Under the pieces are notes generated by a model that did not search any database, was not told the origin of the DNA, and was given only the letters and a program-made list of their open reading frames with translations. From contig NC_086108.1 of NCBI RefSeq assembly GCF_963921235.1, positions 108,812,001 to 108,876,000 of the forward strand: DNA of 64,000 nt, written 5' to 3'. This DNA is from Mobula hypostoma (lineage: Eukaryota). The translations under genes and the position numbers were made by a program. Of this stretch, positions 50,975 to 62,620 are shown one piece after another (within the stretch, counting starts at the first letter, position 1; the number at the start of each line of letters is the position of its first letter).

Positions 50975-51310
50975 GGCCTTGACACTCTGGGACTTGGGCT
51001 ACGGTGGAGGAATCTAGGACCAGAGGGCATACCAGAGGGTCCCTCAGAATGGAATGGAGATGAAGAGGAATTTCTTTAGCCAGAGAGTGGTGAATCTGTG
51101 GAATCTGTTGAAACAGGTGACTGTGGAGGCCAAGTCTTTGTGTATATTTAAGGCAGAGTTTGATAGGTCCTTGATTAGTCAGAGCATGAAGGGATATTGG
51201 GGAGAAGGCAGGACATTGGGGCTGAGAGGGAAATGGATCAGCAGTGATTAAATGACTGAGCAGCCTCAATGGGCCAAACTACCTATTTCTACCCCTACAT
51301 CTCATGACTT
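50975..51310 (+). mobile_element. CR1 3' fragment
   Basis: EMKRNFFSQRVVNLWN, followed by the 3' UTR. Confidence 0.8.
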
Positions 51311-52949
51311 ATTTATTTTGTGATGGTATGTTTTTCTGCTGTTGTAATTATGTGTGCTGTATGTGCTGTGTGCTGTGTGTGACCGTTGTACGGTGTTTTA
51401 CACATTTGCCCTGAAGGAATGCTGTTTCGTTTGGTTGTATTATGTGTTTTGTTGAACAACAAATTTGAATTTGAGCACGGTCCTGATGTAGGATCTTGAC
51501 CCAAAACCTTGACTATCCTCTTGCCTCCACAGATGCTGCTTTGCCTGCTGAGTTCTATCAAGAGAAACATTCTGACTCCTCAGGAGGGTTTACGCCTTCT
51601 GTGACATGAAATTTGTTGTGCTGTAGTAGCAACGCAGAGCAAAAAGGCATACAAGTACAATCAATTACAAGATTGATGCATAATGAAAAAAAAAGGAATA
51701 AGTAAGTAATGGGTTCATGCAATGTTTAGAAATCTGGTGCTGAGGAGGTAGAAACTGTTCTTGACTCGTTGCTTGTGGCTTTTCAAACTCCAGTACCTCC
51801 TCCCCGATGGTAATGTCAAAGAGATTTAGCCCCTGCTCTAACATTCTACAAGATCAAGTTTATTGTCAAGTTCAAGTTTATTGTCATCTGACTTACACAT
51901 ATACAACCAAATAAAACAACATTCCTCCGGACCATGATGCACCCACACATCATACACACCACATAAAACAAAATATTACCACAAATAAGTTAATAAAATG
52001 TAATTCAGAAGAGCATGAAGGTAAATAGTAAACAATACATTCCAGCCTCTGCTTGTAAAGAGATTGTATGTTCTCCCTGTGGGCATACACGTTAAACCCA
52101 AGACCTGTAACGGGATCAATGAAAGACCACACCCTACAGGACAGACAAACAGCCAATTTGCAAAAGACAACAAACTGCAAATACAAAAAGAAATTATAAT
52201 AATAAATAAGCATTAAATATCAAGAACGTAAGGTGAAGAGTGATTAAATGTGAGTCCATCGGTTGTGAGAACAGTTCAGCGACGGATTGAGTGGAATTGA
52301 GTGAAGTTCTCTCTTCTGGTTCAAGATCCTGATGGTTGAGGGGTAATAACTGTTCCTGAACCTGTTCATGTGGGTCCTAAGGCTCCTGAACCTCTTTCCT
52401 GATGGCAGCAGTGAGAAGAGAGCATGGCCTGGGTGGTGGGGGTCCCCAATGATGGATGCTATTTTCCATTTACTGTGAATACCTGTAAGAACATGAATCT
52501 CAGGGTTGTACATGGTAATAAATTTATTTTGAACTTTGATTATCTCAGAAACTGCTGATCTCCCTTGATTTCCATGATCAACAGTCTGTAGAGTTTAAAG
52601 AAAACAGTGTGACAAACAAAAAAAAAATTCAGTCAGTGGCAGTTCTGTGGGTAAAAATGCTTTGTTAATGAGAGACATCAGAGGAGATTGGCCAGACTGG
52701 TTCAAGCTGACAGGAAGGTGATAGTTACTCAAACAACCACACGTTACAACAGTGTGTGCAGAAGACCATCTCTGAATGTACAACATTTTGAAAATTGAAG
52801 TGGACGGGCTGCAGCTTCAGAATGCCACGTACATACATTCAAAGGCTACTTTATGAGACAATTTATTGTCTCTACACTCACTGCCCTGCATCCATTTGCA
52901 GATTTAATGATTCCTCCCTAGAGCTTATTAATCCTCGTACCTTTGTACC

Positions 52950-53365
52950 ATTACTTAGAGTAATGTGAGATGTTTTGAGCCCCTTATCTAAGAAAGGATG
53001 TGCTGCCATTGGAGACGGTCCACAGAAGGTTCATGAGACTGATTTCAGGAATGAAAGGGTTAACATATGAGAAGCATTTGATGGCTCTGGGCCTGTTCTC
53101 ACTGGAGTTTAGAAGAACGAGGGTGTTCTCATTGAAACCTATGGAATATTAAAAAGTCTGGATAGAGTGGATGTGAAGAGAATGTTTCCAATAATGGGAG
53201 AGGTTAATACCAGAGGGTACAGCCTCAGTATAGAAGGAAGTCCCTTTAGAACAGAAATGAAGAGGAATTTCTTTAGCCAGAGCGTGGTGAATCTGTGGAA
53301 TTCAGTGCTACAGATAGTCGTGATGGCTAAATTGTTGGGTATATTTAAAGCAGAAGTTGATAGGA
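52950..53365 (+). mobile_element. CR1 3' fragment
   Basis: TRGYSL.IEG.PFRTEMKRNFFSQ.VVNLWNS. Confidence 0.8.
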
Positions 53366-53462
53366 CTTTTCATCTCATGTTCTCAATATTTATTGTTTAT
53401 TTATTTATTGTTATTATTTCATCTTTTTATATGCACAGTTTGTTGTCTTCTGCACTCTAGTT

Positions 53463-54202
53463 CAGCGGTCCCCAACCACCGGGCCACAAAGCATGTGCTA
53501 CCAGGCCGTGAGGAAACGATATGAGTCAGCTGCACCTTTCCTCATTCCCTGTCACGCACTGTTGAACTTGAACATAGGGTTGCCAACTGTCCCGTATTGC
53601 CGGGACATCCCGTATATTGGGCTAAATTGGTTTGTCCCATATTTCCCCTGCTAAGGTAGAGCGTTCTTATGAAACCTTTTGTGCCGAAATGGCGTGAAAC
53701 GAAGAAGCAATTACCATTAATTTATATGGGGAAAATTTTTGAGCGTTTCCAGACCCAAAAAATAACCTAACAAATCATACTAAATAACACATAAAACCGA
53801 AAATAAGTAACACTGACATATAGTAAAAGCAGGAATGATATGATAGACGGCCTATATAAAGTAGAAATAATGTATGTACAGTGTAGTCAGGAAGATAAAG
53901 GCAAAACCGATTTGTGGGGAAAAATCAGCACGTACGCGCATGCGCACGCAGGTGCCCACGCAAGGCTTCATGGTCATGGTAGTCTCTCCTGGGGTAAAGT
54001 GTCCCGGGATGTGACTGCTACTTTTGTCCCTTATTTGGGAGTGAGAATATTGGCAACCCTAAATATAAAAGACATATTGAGGTGAGTTTAACCCTACTTG
54101 GACACACCCCCCACCCCCCCCCCCCGGCCCCGGTCGGCCGGTCCGCAAGAATATTGTCAATTTTAAACTGGTCTGCGGTGCAAAAAAGGTTGGGGACCCC
54201 TG
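53463..54202. mobile_element. hAT (Charlie-type) non-autonomous transposon containing a second hAT-type TIR pair
   Basis: TIR CAGCGGTCCCCAACC/GGTTGGGGACCCCTG; exact 8-bp TSD CTCTAGTT; inner TAGGGTTGCCAA...TTGGCAACCCTA at 53575-54061. Confidence 0.88.
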
Positions 54203-56318
54203 CTCTAGTTGAACACCCTAGCTGGGCGGTCTTTCATTGATTCTGTTGTGTTTATTATTATGTGGATTTATTAAGAATGCCCACAAGAAAATGAATCTCA
54301 GGGTTGTATATGGTGACACCTATGTACTTTGATCATAAATTTACTTTGAACTTTGATAGGTTTTTAACAGCAAGGGCAACAAAGGTTACAGTGACCTCAA
54401 GAAGGCAGCATCCTTCATCAAAGATCCCCACCATCCAGGCCACGCCATATTCTCTCAGCTACCATTGGTCTGGAGGTAAATAAGCCTGAAGGACAATGCC
54501 TCTGAGTTCAAGAACAGCTACTTCCTATCAACCATTGAGTTGTTGAACCCTAATCACACTATTTGACCACCTTGCTCTAAAATGGACTGTGGCTGATCTG
54601 ATTGTATTCTTGATCATAACAAATGTTGTATAATTTAATTTATTTTTTCTTGTGAATGCTGCTTACCTGATGCTTTGTGTCTGTGATGCTGCTGTAAGTA
54701 AGCTTTTCGTTGCACCTGCGCATACACGGACTTGTGTATATGACAATAAACTCGACTTTGAGGCGTTTTGCTCCGAGAATGTACAGTACGCTACTGCAAA
54801 ACATTACTACACCCTGTCTAATTTTCCCTGCTCTCCCCATATTCCTATCAACTCCCCTCCCCACGGACCTACAACTTACTTACACTTCGGGAATATTTCA
54901 CAGTGGTCAATTAACCAATTGATCGCAGGTCTTTTGGGTGCAGCGATAAACCAGAGCACCCAGGTAAACATTGTCAGTCAAAGGGAACACATGCAAACTC
55001 TGCGCAGACAGCACTCAAGGTCAGAATCAAAATGAGTACAACTCATGTTCTCATTATTTATTTATTATTTGTTCATTTCGTATTTGCACATTGGTTGGTG
55101 TGTGTAGTATTTCATTGATTCTATTGTGTTCCTTAGTGTCTACCGTGAATGCCCACAATTAAATGAATCTCAGTATGTAAATGCTGACATAAACAAACTT
55201 TGATGATAAAATTACTTTGAATTTTGAAATTTGAGGATCGAATCTGAGGCTGTGTGGTAACAGATTCACTTTCTGCACGACTCTATTGTCTTTGGTTATC
55301 TATAACCATTCACGCATTTCAAGCTGTCCGTTATGGGGTCTCACTTTTAAAAAATAAACCATATTTAATTAATTTCTTTAATTTTACTTTCCCATCTGCT
55401 AGGATCGGATTCTTAATGGTGTCGGTGGACCAGTGGTCTGAGTTATGGTCCAGTCACTCAACCATTAATGCAACGTTCCCCTTCGTTGAAGCATCTTTAT
55501 GATATTTTCTTTTTATAGATTGGTGTTGTTTTGTTGCCAGGTGTACACAAAATCCCAATTTATCACTTCATTCTCCCGCCCCTACCCACCCACCTTCCAC
55601 CTCTCCTGGTTTTACCTATCTTCTGCCAGCTTGTACTCTTTTCCCACCCCCCACCTTCTTATTCTGGCTTCTTTCCAGCCCTGATGAAGAGTCTCAGCCC
55701 GAAACGTCGACCCTTTATTCCCCTTCATAGACCTGCTGAGTTCATCATGTATTTTGGATATGTTGTACAGAATTCCTGTAGGGAAGAAAGCAGATCAAAC
55801 TGCAGAGCCATCCTGAGCTTTCTGAGGAGGCTGAAGGGAGCTGGACTATGCACATCTACACTCACTTCATTCTACAGATGCACAATACAGAGCATCCTCA
55901 CAAGTTGCTTCATTGCTTGGTGTGGAAGCTGCACTGCAGTGGACAAGAAGGCTCTGCAGCAGGTAGTCAAAGCAGCCCAGTGTATCACCAGCATCAGCCT
56001 TACCACCATCAAGCACATATATACAGAAAGAAGCTGGAAAAAGGACAGTAGCATTATGAAGGGTTGCACCCACCCTTCTCATGGAGTGTTTGTCCCACTC
56101 TCATCAGGGAGAAGGCTAGGTAGCATTCACACCAGGACAGCCGGACTCGAAAATAGTTACTTTCTCCAAGCAGTAAGGCTGATCAACACCTCCAGCCACT
56201 AACTCAACCACCACTATTTTATTATTTCCTTATATACAGACTCTCCTGTGCCTAGTGTCACTGTATGGACATACAGTCAATTATTTATATAAGCTATTTC
56301 ATGTATTTATATTTATTA

Positions 56319-56582
56319 CGACCTGGCTGGTGGCATAATGGCATCAGTGCTGGACTTTGGGACGAAAGGTCCCGAGTTCGAATCCAGCTGGCTCCCCTGC
56401 ATGCTTTCCATCCGTGTTGGGTTACAAGCCAGTGATCCCTTTGGGAACTCACCCTGCAGAAGACAATGGCAAACCACTGCTGTAGCTCGCCTCATACACG
56501 GTTCCTCACTGCGTCAGAGAGGCGTGGAGGGAAATGGTCCGCTAACCAGAGAAACTTCAGATGTGATGTACCTTTCCTTTCC
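56319..56582 (+). mobile_element. tRNA-derived SINE (tRNA-Pro-like head, RTE-related body)
   Basis: A-box TGGCATAATGG (56331), B-box GAGTTCGAATCC (56374), CTTTGGG anticodon-loop-like segment, GAAGACAATGGCAAACCAC, (CTTTC)n tail and flanking ATATTTAT duplication. Confidence 0.75.
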
Positions 56583-57733
56583 ATATTTATCGTGCTTATT
56601 TATTGTTATTGTGTTCATTGTCTCTTAGTGTTTTTTTTTGTGCTGCATCGGATCCAGAGTAACAATTATTTCATTTTCCTTTACACTTGTGTACTGGAAA
56701 TAACATTTAACAATCTTGAATTTTGATGTTGCCAGCGAACAATGCAGCCAAAGACGATGTCGTTCAGAAAGTTCACGAAACTATTTCTTTCACTTCTTTC
56801 AAATATGATTTTGCTACTATTGGAATTTGTGATTTACTCTTTCATGGGATGATTGAGCGATTTGGCATTTTGCTGCCTCAGAGGGAGTTCGGGGAGGCTT
56901 CGAGCAGAGTGTGCGGCCTGTAGGCCTGATAGCCTGGAAGCTAGCCCATGATTGACTCCATTTCTCACTGATCTTGCTAACAGAAGTGTCATGGAAGATT
57001 GAAATCAACAGGGACGAGCGTAGAAGGCGAGTGGGTGTTAAGCACGTGACCAATCTCTCTCTTGCTCTCGCTCGATGTTCTCAGAGGAAAGTGCCTGCGT
57101 GTGGCCAGTCTTGCTCACTCTCTCCCCCCTTGCTTGCTACTGCCGGAGAATGGTGCCAAAATCTCGGGTCTAGGGCAAGGTTTAATGAACATGGTTTGAG
57201 TATTGGACTCTGTACTTCATGTTATATATATTCCTTGTTTCTGGTAGGTCCTTTTTTAAAGTGAATGGGCCCTGCGGATGCAGTCAATGAATGACACAGC
57301 ACTAAATTGAACCGAACATTTCCAGACTGTTTCAATGACCCTGTGGTTTAATGTTTTATATTCTGTGCTTTTCCCTCATTTATTGCGTGATTTGTTCTGT
57401 TTTTCATGCATCGAGTGTTTGATGCTTTCTCTGAAAGGGTTCCATGGTGTTTTTTTTTGTTTTGTGGCTGTCTCTGGGAAGACAAACCTCATCATTGTAT
57501 ACTGCATATATATTTTGATAAAAAATGTACTTTGACCTTTGAACTTTGAATCAGTGGGTATGTGGAAAAGTAGATTAGATGCAGATGAAATTTGATCTTA
57601 ACATTGACGACTTGGCACCAAAGGCCAGTTTATAAAATGCTCTGTGTTAGGGAACAACAAAGTCATCTTGTTACTGAGGATCAAAGTTGCTGGTGAACGC
57701 AGTAGGCCAGGCAGCATCTCTAGGAAGAGGTGC

Positions 57734-57769
57734 AGTCAACGTTTCAGGCCGAGACCCTTCATCAGGACT
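57734..57769 (-). ncRNA. Minimal hammerhead ribozyme motif
   Basis: AGTC-CTGATGA-AGG gtctcgg CCT-GAAA-C-GTT-GACT. Confidence 0.75.
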
Positions 57770-58089
57770 AACTGAAGGAAGAGTGAGTAAGGGATTTGAA
57801 AGTTGGAGGGGGAGGGGGAGATCCAAAATGATAGGAGAAGACAGGAGGGGGAGGGATGGAGCCAAGAGCCGGACAGGTGATTGGCAAAAGGGATATGAGA
57901 GGATCATGGGACAGGAGGTCCAGGAAGAAAGACAAGGGGGGGGGGAACCCAGAGGATGGGCAAGGGGTATATTCAGAGGGACAGAGGGAGAAAAAGGAGA
58001 GTGAGAGAAAGAATGTGTGTATAAAAATAAGTAACAGATGGGGTACGAGGGGGAGGTGGGGCATTAGCGGAAGTTAGAGAAGTCGATGT

Positions 58090-59298
58090 TCATGCCATCT
58101 GGCTACCCAGACGGAATGTAAGGTGTTGTTCCTCCAACCTGAGTGTGGCTTCATCTTTACAGTAGAGGAGGCCGTGGATAGACATGTCAGGATGGGAATG
58201 GGATGTGGAATTAAAATGTGTGGCCACTGGGAGATCCTGCTTTCTCTGGTGGACAGAGTGTAGATGTTCAGCAAAGCGGTCTCCCAGTCTGCGTCGGGTC
58301 TCGCCAATATATAAAAGGCCACATCGGGAGCACCGGACGCAGTATATCACCCCAGTCGACTCACAGGTGAAGTGATGCCTCACCTGGAAGGACTGTTTGG
58401 GGCCCTGAATGGTGGTAAGGGAGGAAGTGTAAGGGCACGTGTAGCACTTGTTCCGCTTACACGGATAAGTGCCAGGAGGGAGATCAGTGGGGAGGGATGG
58501 GGGGGACGAATGGACAAGGGAGTTGCGTAGGGAGCGATCCCTGTGGAATGCGGCGGGGGGGGAGGGAAAGAAGTGCTTAGTGGTGGGATCCCGTTGGAGG
58601 TGGCAGAAGTTACGAAGAATAATATGTTGGACCCGGAGGCTGGTGGGGTGGTAGGTGAGGACCAGGGTAACCCTATTCCTAGTGGGGTGGCGGGAGGATG
58701 GAGTGAGAGCAGATGTACGTGAAATGGGGGAGATGCGTTTAAGAGCAGAGTTGATAATGGAGGAAGGGAAGCCCCTTTCTTTAAAAAAGGAAGACATCTC
58801 CCTCGTCCTAGAATGAAAAGCCTCATCCTGAGAGCAGATGCGGCGGAGACAGAGGAATTGCGAGAAGAGGATGGCGTTTTTGCAAGAAACAGGGTGAGAA
58901 GAGGAATAGTCCAGATAGCTGTGAGAGTCAGTAGGCTTATAGTAGACATCAGTGGATAAGCTGTCTCCAGAGACAGAGACAGAAAGATCTAGAAAGGGGA
59001 AGGAGGTGTCGGAAATGGACCAGGTAAACTTGAGGGCAGGGCGAAAGTTGGAAGCAAAGTTAATAAAGTCAACGAGTTCTGCATGCGTGCAGGAAGCAGC
59101 GCCAATGCAGTCGTCGATGTAGCGAAGGAAAAGTGGGGGACAGATACCAGAATAGGCACGGAACATAGATTGTTCCACAAAGCCAACAAAAAGGCAGGCA
59201 TAGCTAGGACCCATACGGGTGCCCATAGCTACACCTTTAGTTTGGAGGAAGTGGGAGGAGCCAAAGGAGAAATTATTAAGAGTAAGGACTTTATGCAC
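58090..59298 (-). CDS. PLE RT (C-terminal half) + GIY-YIG endonuclease
   Basis: QTKGVAMGT.MGPSYA, FLRYIDD, FLDL, YYKPTD, Cys linker CKRNKCYTC, VIY...YIGETRRRL..RF.EH. The C-terminus is frameshifted by a net 7-bp loss relative to the 18940 copy. Confidence 0.85.
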   Translation of the reverse strand: MHKVLTLNNFSFGSSHFLQTKGVAMGTRMGPSYACLFVGFVEQSMFRAYSGICPPLFLRYIDDCIGAASCTHAELVDFINFASNFRPALKFTWSISDTSFPFLDLSVSVSGDSLSTDVYYKPTDSHSYLDYSSSHPVSCKNAILFSQFLCLRRICSQDEAFHSRTREMSSFFKERGFPSSIINSALKRISPISRTSALTPSSRHPTRNRVTLVLTYHPTSLRVQHIILRNFCHLQRDPTTKHFFPSPPAAFHRDRSLRNSLVHSSPPSLPTDLPPGTYPCKRNKCYTCPYTSSLTTIQGPKQSFQVRHHFTCESTGVIYCVRCSRCGLLYIGETRRRLGDRFAEHLHSVHQRKQDLPVATHFNSTSHSHPDMSIHGLLYCKDEATLRLEEQHLTFRLGSQMA

Positions 59299-59550
59299 AC
59301 ATTCTTTCTCTCACCCTCCTTTTTCTCCCTCTGTCCCTCTGAATATACCTCTTGCCCATCCTCTGGGTCCCCCCCCCCTTGTCTTTCTTCCTGGACCTCC
59401 TGTCCCATGATCCTCTCATATCCCTTTTGCCTATCACCTGTCCAGCTCTTGGCTCCATCCCTCCCCCTCCTGTCTTCTCCTATCATTTTGGATCTCCCCC
59501 TCCCCCTCCCCCTCCAACTTTCAAATCCCTTACTCACTCTTCCTTCAGTT

Positions 59551-59586
59551 ATTCCTGACGAAGGGTCTCGGCCTGAAATGTCGACT
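59551..59586 (+). ncRNA. Minimal hammerhead ribozyme motif (two substitutions)
   Basis: ATTC-CTGACGA-AGG gtctcgg CCT-GAAA-T-GTC-GACT. Confidence 0.65.
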
Positions 59587-59834
59587 GTACCTCTTCCTAC
59601 AGATGCTGCCTGGCCTGCTGCGTTCACCAGCAACTTTGATGTGTGTTGCTTGAATTTCCAGCATCTGCAGAATTCCTGTTGTTTTTGTTACCGAGGACAT
59701 GCTGACCAGAAACCTCACCAGACCAGACATATAGATATTGTCATCACAAGTGTTGCAGTGAGTAACTTTCTAAACTTGAACTTGAACTGATTTGCCAAAT
59801 TGTTTCTATCAGAATCAGAATCAGGGTTATTATA

Positions 59835-60570
59835 TCCCATTTCTTGTACTCAATACCTTGATTTATGAAGGCCAATATGCCAAAAGCTTTCTTTATGAAC
59901 ATATCTATCTGTGATGCCACTTTCTATGAATTATGCTCCTGTATTCCCAGAACCCTTTGTTCTGCTGCACTCCTCAGTACCCTACCACTCACTTTGTAGG
60001 AACTATCCTGGTTGGTCCTACTGAAGTGCAACATCTCATACTTGTCTATGTTAAATTCCATCTGCCATTTTTTAGCCCACCTTTCCAGTTGGTCCAGATC
60101 CTGCTGCAATTCATGATAGCCTTCACCATTGTCCACTACAGTCCCAATCTTGGTGTCATCTGTAAATCTGCTGATGTAGTTAACCACATCATCACTCAGA
60201 TCATTGATATAGATGACAAACAGCAACAGATCAACCCAGCACCAATCACTGCAGCACACCACTAGTCACAGGCCTCCAATCAGAGAGGCAACCATCTACT
60301 ACCACCACCTTTTCCACCACTGATGTCAGACTCACTGCCCTATAATTTCCTGGTTTATTTTTGGAGCCTTTCTTAAATAGCGGAACAACACTGGCTGTTC
60401 TCCAGTCATCCAGTACCTCGCCTGTCACTAAGGATGTTTTAAATATCACTGCTAGGATATTTCTGCACTTGACTCCTGCAGGTGCGAGGGAACACCTTGT
60501 CAGACCCAGGGCATTTATCCGCCCTCTATGCCTCAGGACAGCAAACTCCTCCTCCCCTGCAATCTATACA
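59835..60570 (-). mobile_element. Degenerate CR1 RT fragment with an internal deletion
   Basis: VVPLFKKG..NYR.VSLTS joined directly to VVVDG.LSDWRPVTSG; FTDDTKIG. Confidence 0.8.
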
Positions 60571-60746
60571 GGTTACATCACTGACACGTGTCATGAAATT
60601 TGTTACCTTGTTGCAGCAGTACAGTACAACGCAAAGGAGAACTATAGGTTACAACAAGAAATCTAAAAATACAATAATAAATGAAAGCAAACTCTTTGAA
60701 CCCCTTAATTCCCCTACGATGCAAGAATCTATCTAACTGCGTCTTA

Positions 60747-61016
60747 CACATAACTGCACCATTGTCGGTACCAAGCCCGGCCGTGAAAGAAGAATGGTTG
60801 GGCATAGGGCTAGCAACTTCATCCCATAAAACCCCAGACCCCCAGAAAATGCCAACAGAAACTCCAAACGTCTCATCCCTGGAAGTGGAAGGATTTTCGC
60901 AAGATGGGCTGCTCCTGAGGACAACTTGAAAGATCAGCCCAGGACAGAAGATGGTGTTGAGCTGCTGGCGGCAGCTTATGCCCCAGTAGGGTGATGGGAC
61001 GAAGAAAAGAAGAAGA
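60747..61016 (+). mobile_element. Short bipartite RTE-derived element with a twister-ribozyme-like 5' end
   Basis: TAA..ACCATTGTCGGTACCAAGCCCGG at 60751-60780; RTE 5'UTR-like GGGCTAGCAAC..CATCCCATAAAA; RTE 3'-like GCCCAGGACAGA...TTATGCCCC; (GAA)n tail. Confidence 0.6.
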
Positions 61017-61674
61017 TGTAAGTGAAAGAAAACCATATAGATTACTATAAGAAATATAAACATAAATAATGCATAAAGAGAGCAAAATCATTGAACCCCT
61101 TAATGCTGAACCCTTAATTCCCCCATCATGCAAGAATCTGTCTAACTATGTCTTAAGTTTAAGGTACAGTTTGACAGACCTTTCTCTTTACACCTCTAGA
61201 CCTCCAGTCCTGGAAGCTTCCTGGAGAATCTTTCCTATGCTCTATCAAGTTTAATAACATCTTTCCGATACCCAAATTGAAAATAAATGGAGCAAACGTG
61301 TAGAGCGCACAGACAAACAGGAGTGAGATAAAAGTCTCTGGTAATTCAAAGCATATAAATGAGCAGATATAGTTTGGGTGGAAACTATGAAGACATGGCA
61401 AAGTCAAAGTAAATTTATTATCAATATGCACATATATTAGCACATACCACCTTGAGTTGCATTTTCTTGCAGGCATTTACAGCAAAATAAAGACATACAA
61501 TAGAATTGTATTTATATAATTAGGATGCCATGGTTAGCATGATGTTATTAAAGTTCAGGGTGTCGGAGTTCAGAGTTCAATTCCGACATCATGTGTAAGG
61601 AGTCTGTATGCTCTCCCTGTGAATGCATGGATTTCCTCCCACAGTCCAAAGATGTACCACTTAGTAGGTTAATT

Positions 61675-62045
61675 GGGCAGATGCTTCTTGTTGGCCATGG
61701 TTGACAGCTCATCTTGGAAAAGGAAAACACTGATCTCAAACCTCCGCTGCCTTGCAGTTATACCCACTCATAGGGAAAGCTTCGGGAGTCAACTCCAAAG
61801 GAAAAATTTGGAGCTGGAGTCACTAAGGCTGCCCTACATTGAGTTCAATGTTGTCTGGTAACTCCTGTGACACTGCTGGTACCAAACTGTATCAGTCTCT
61901 GCCGTTCCTTTGGGTTCATCAGATGCACAGAGAAGGGGAGTTTGCTACATGGGCAGTAGCTTGCTGTCCATATCATACTGCCTAGGCTTGCATATCTAGA
62001 TAGCTAGGATACAACATCCATGGTTGACTCTGACTGACAGAGGCC
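61675..62045 (+). mobile_element. RTE-related non-autonomous/SINE-like element
   Basis: The 3' half resembles the reverse complement of 63822-64000 (TTCCTTTGG...GAGAAGGGGAG..TGCTACATGGGCA...CCATGG). Confidence 0.45.
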
Positions 62046-62620
62046 CTCAGCTCACAGGTTAATTGGTCTTTGTATATTGTCCTGTGACTACGTTTGTGTT
62101 AAATAGGTGGGATGCTGGACAGCATGGCTTTTTGGGCCGGAAGGATCTGTTCCAAACTGTACAAATAAATTTATGTAAATCTATGCATAAACAAAGACTG
62201 ATTAATAACCAAAAAAAGTGCAAAAAAAATTGTGCAAGTAACAGAATAAATAATACTGAGATCATGAGTTGTGGAATCCTTGAAAGTGAATCTATAGGTT
62301 GTGAAATCAGTTTAGAGGTGAGGTGAATGAAGTTATCCACGCTGGTTCAGGAGCATAATGCCTGTAGCGTAATAACCATTCCTGAAATTGGTGGTGTGGA
62401 CCATAAGGCTCCTGTACCTCTTGGTAGTAGTGCTTCTACAGTGGAGGTCCTTTATGATGGATGCTGCTTTCTTGTGACAACACTCCTTGTATATATTCTC
62501 AGTAGTGAGGAGGGCTTTTCTTGGGCTGTATTCACCACCTTCTGTAGACTTTTCTATTCCATGATGCAATCAGTTAGCAAATTCTCCACTCTGCATCGAT
62601 AGAAGCTCATTAAAGTTTTA

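Larger units (their letters stand above)
57681..59684 (-). mobile_element. Penelope-like element (Neptune-type), 5'-truncated, with inverted pLTRs
   Basis: ~350-bp inverted repeats at 57681-58025 and 59290-59640. 13-bp TSD TTGTTAC(T/C)GAGGA at 57668-57680 and 59685-59697. Confidence 0.95.

Noticed and set aside
56325..56395. Functional tRNA gene
   Set aside because: The anticodon and acceptor stems pair poorly. It is followed by a SINE body, tail and TSD.
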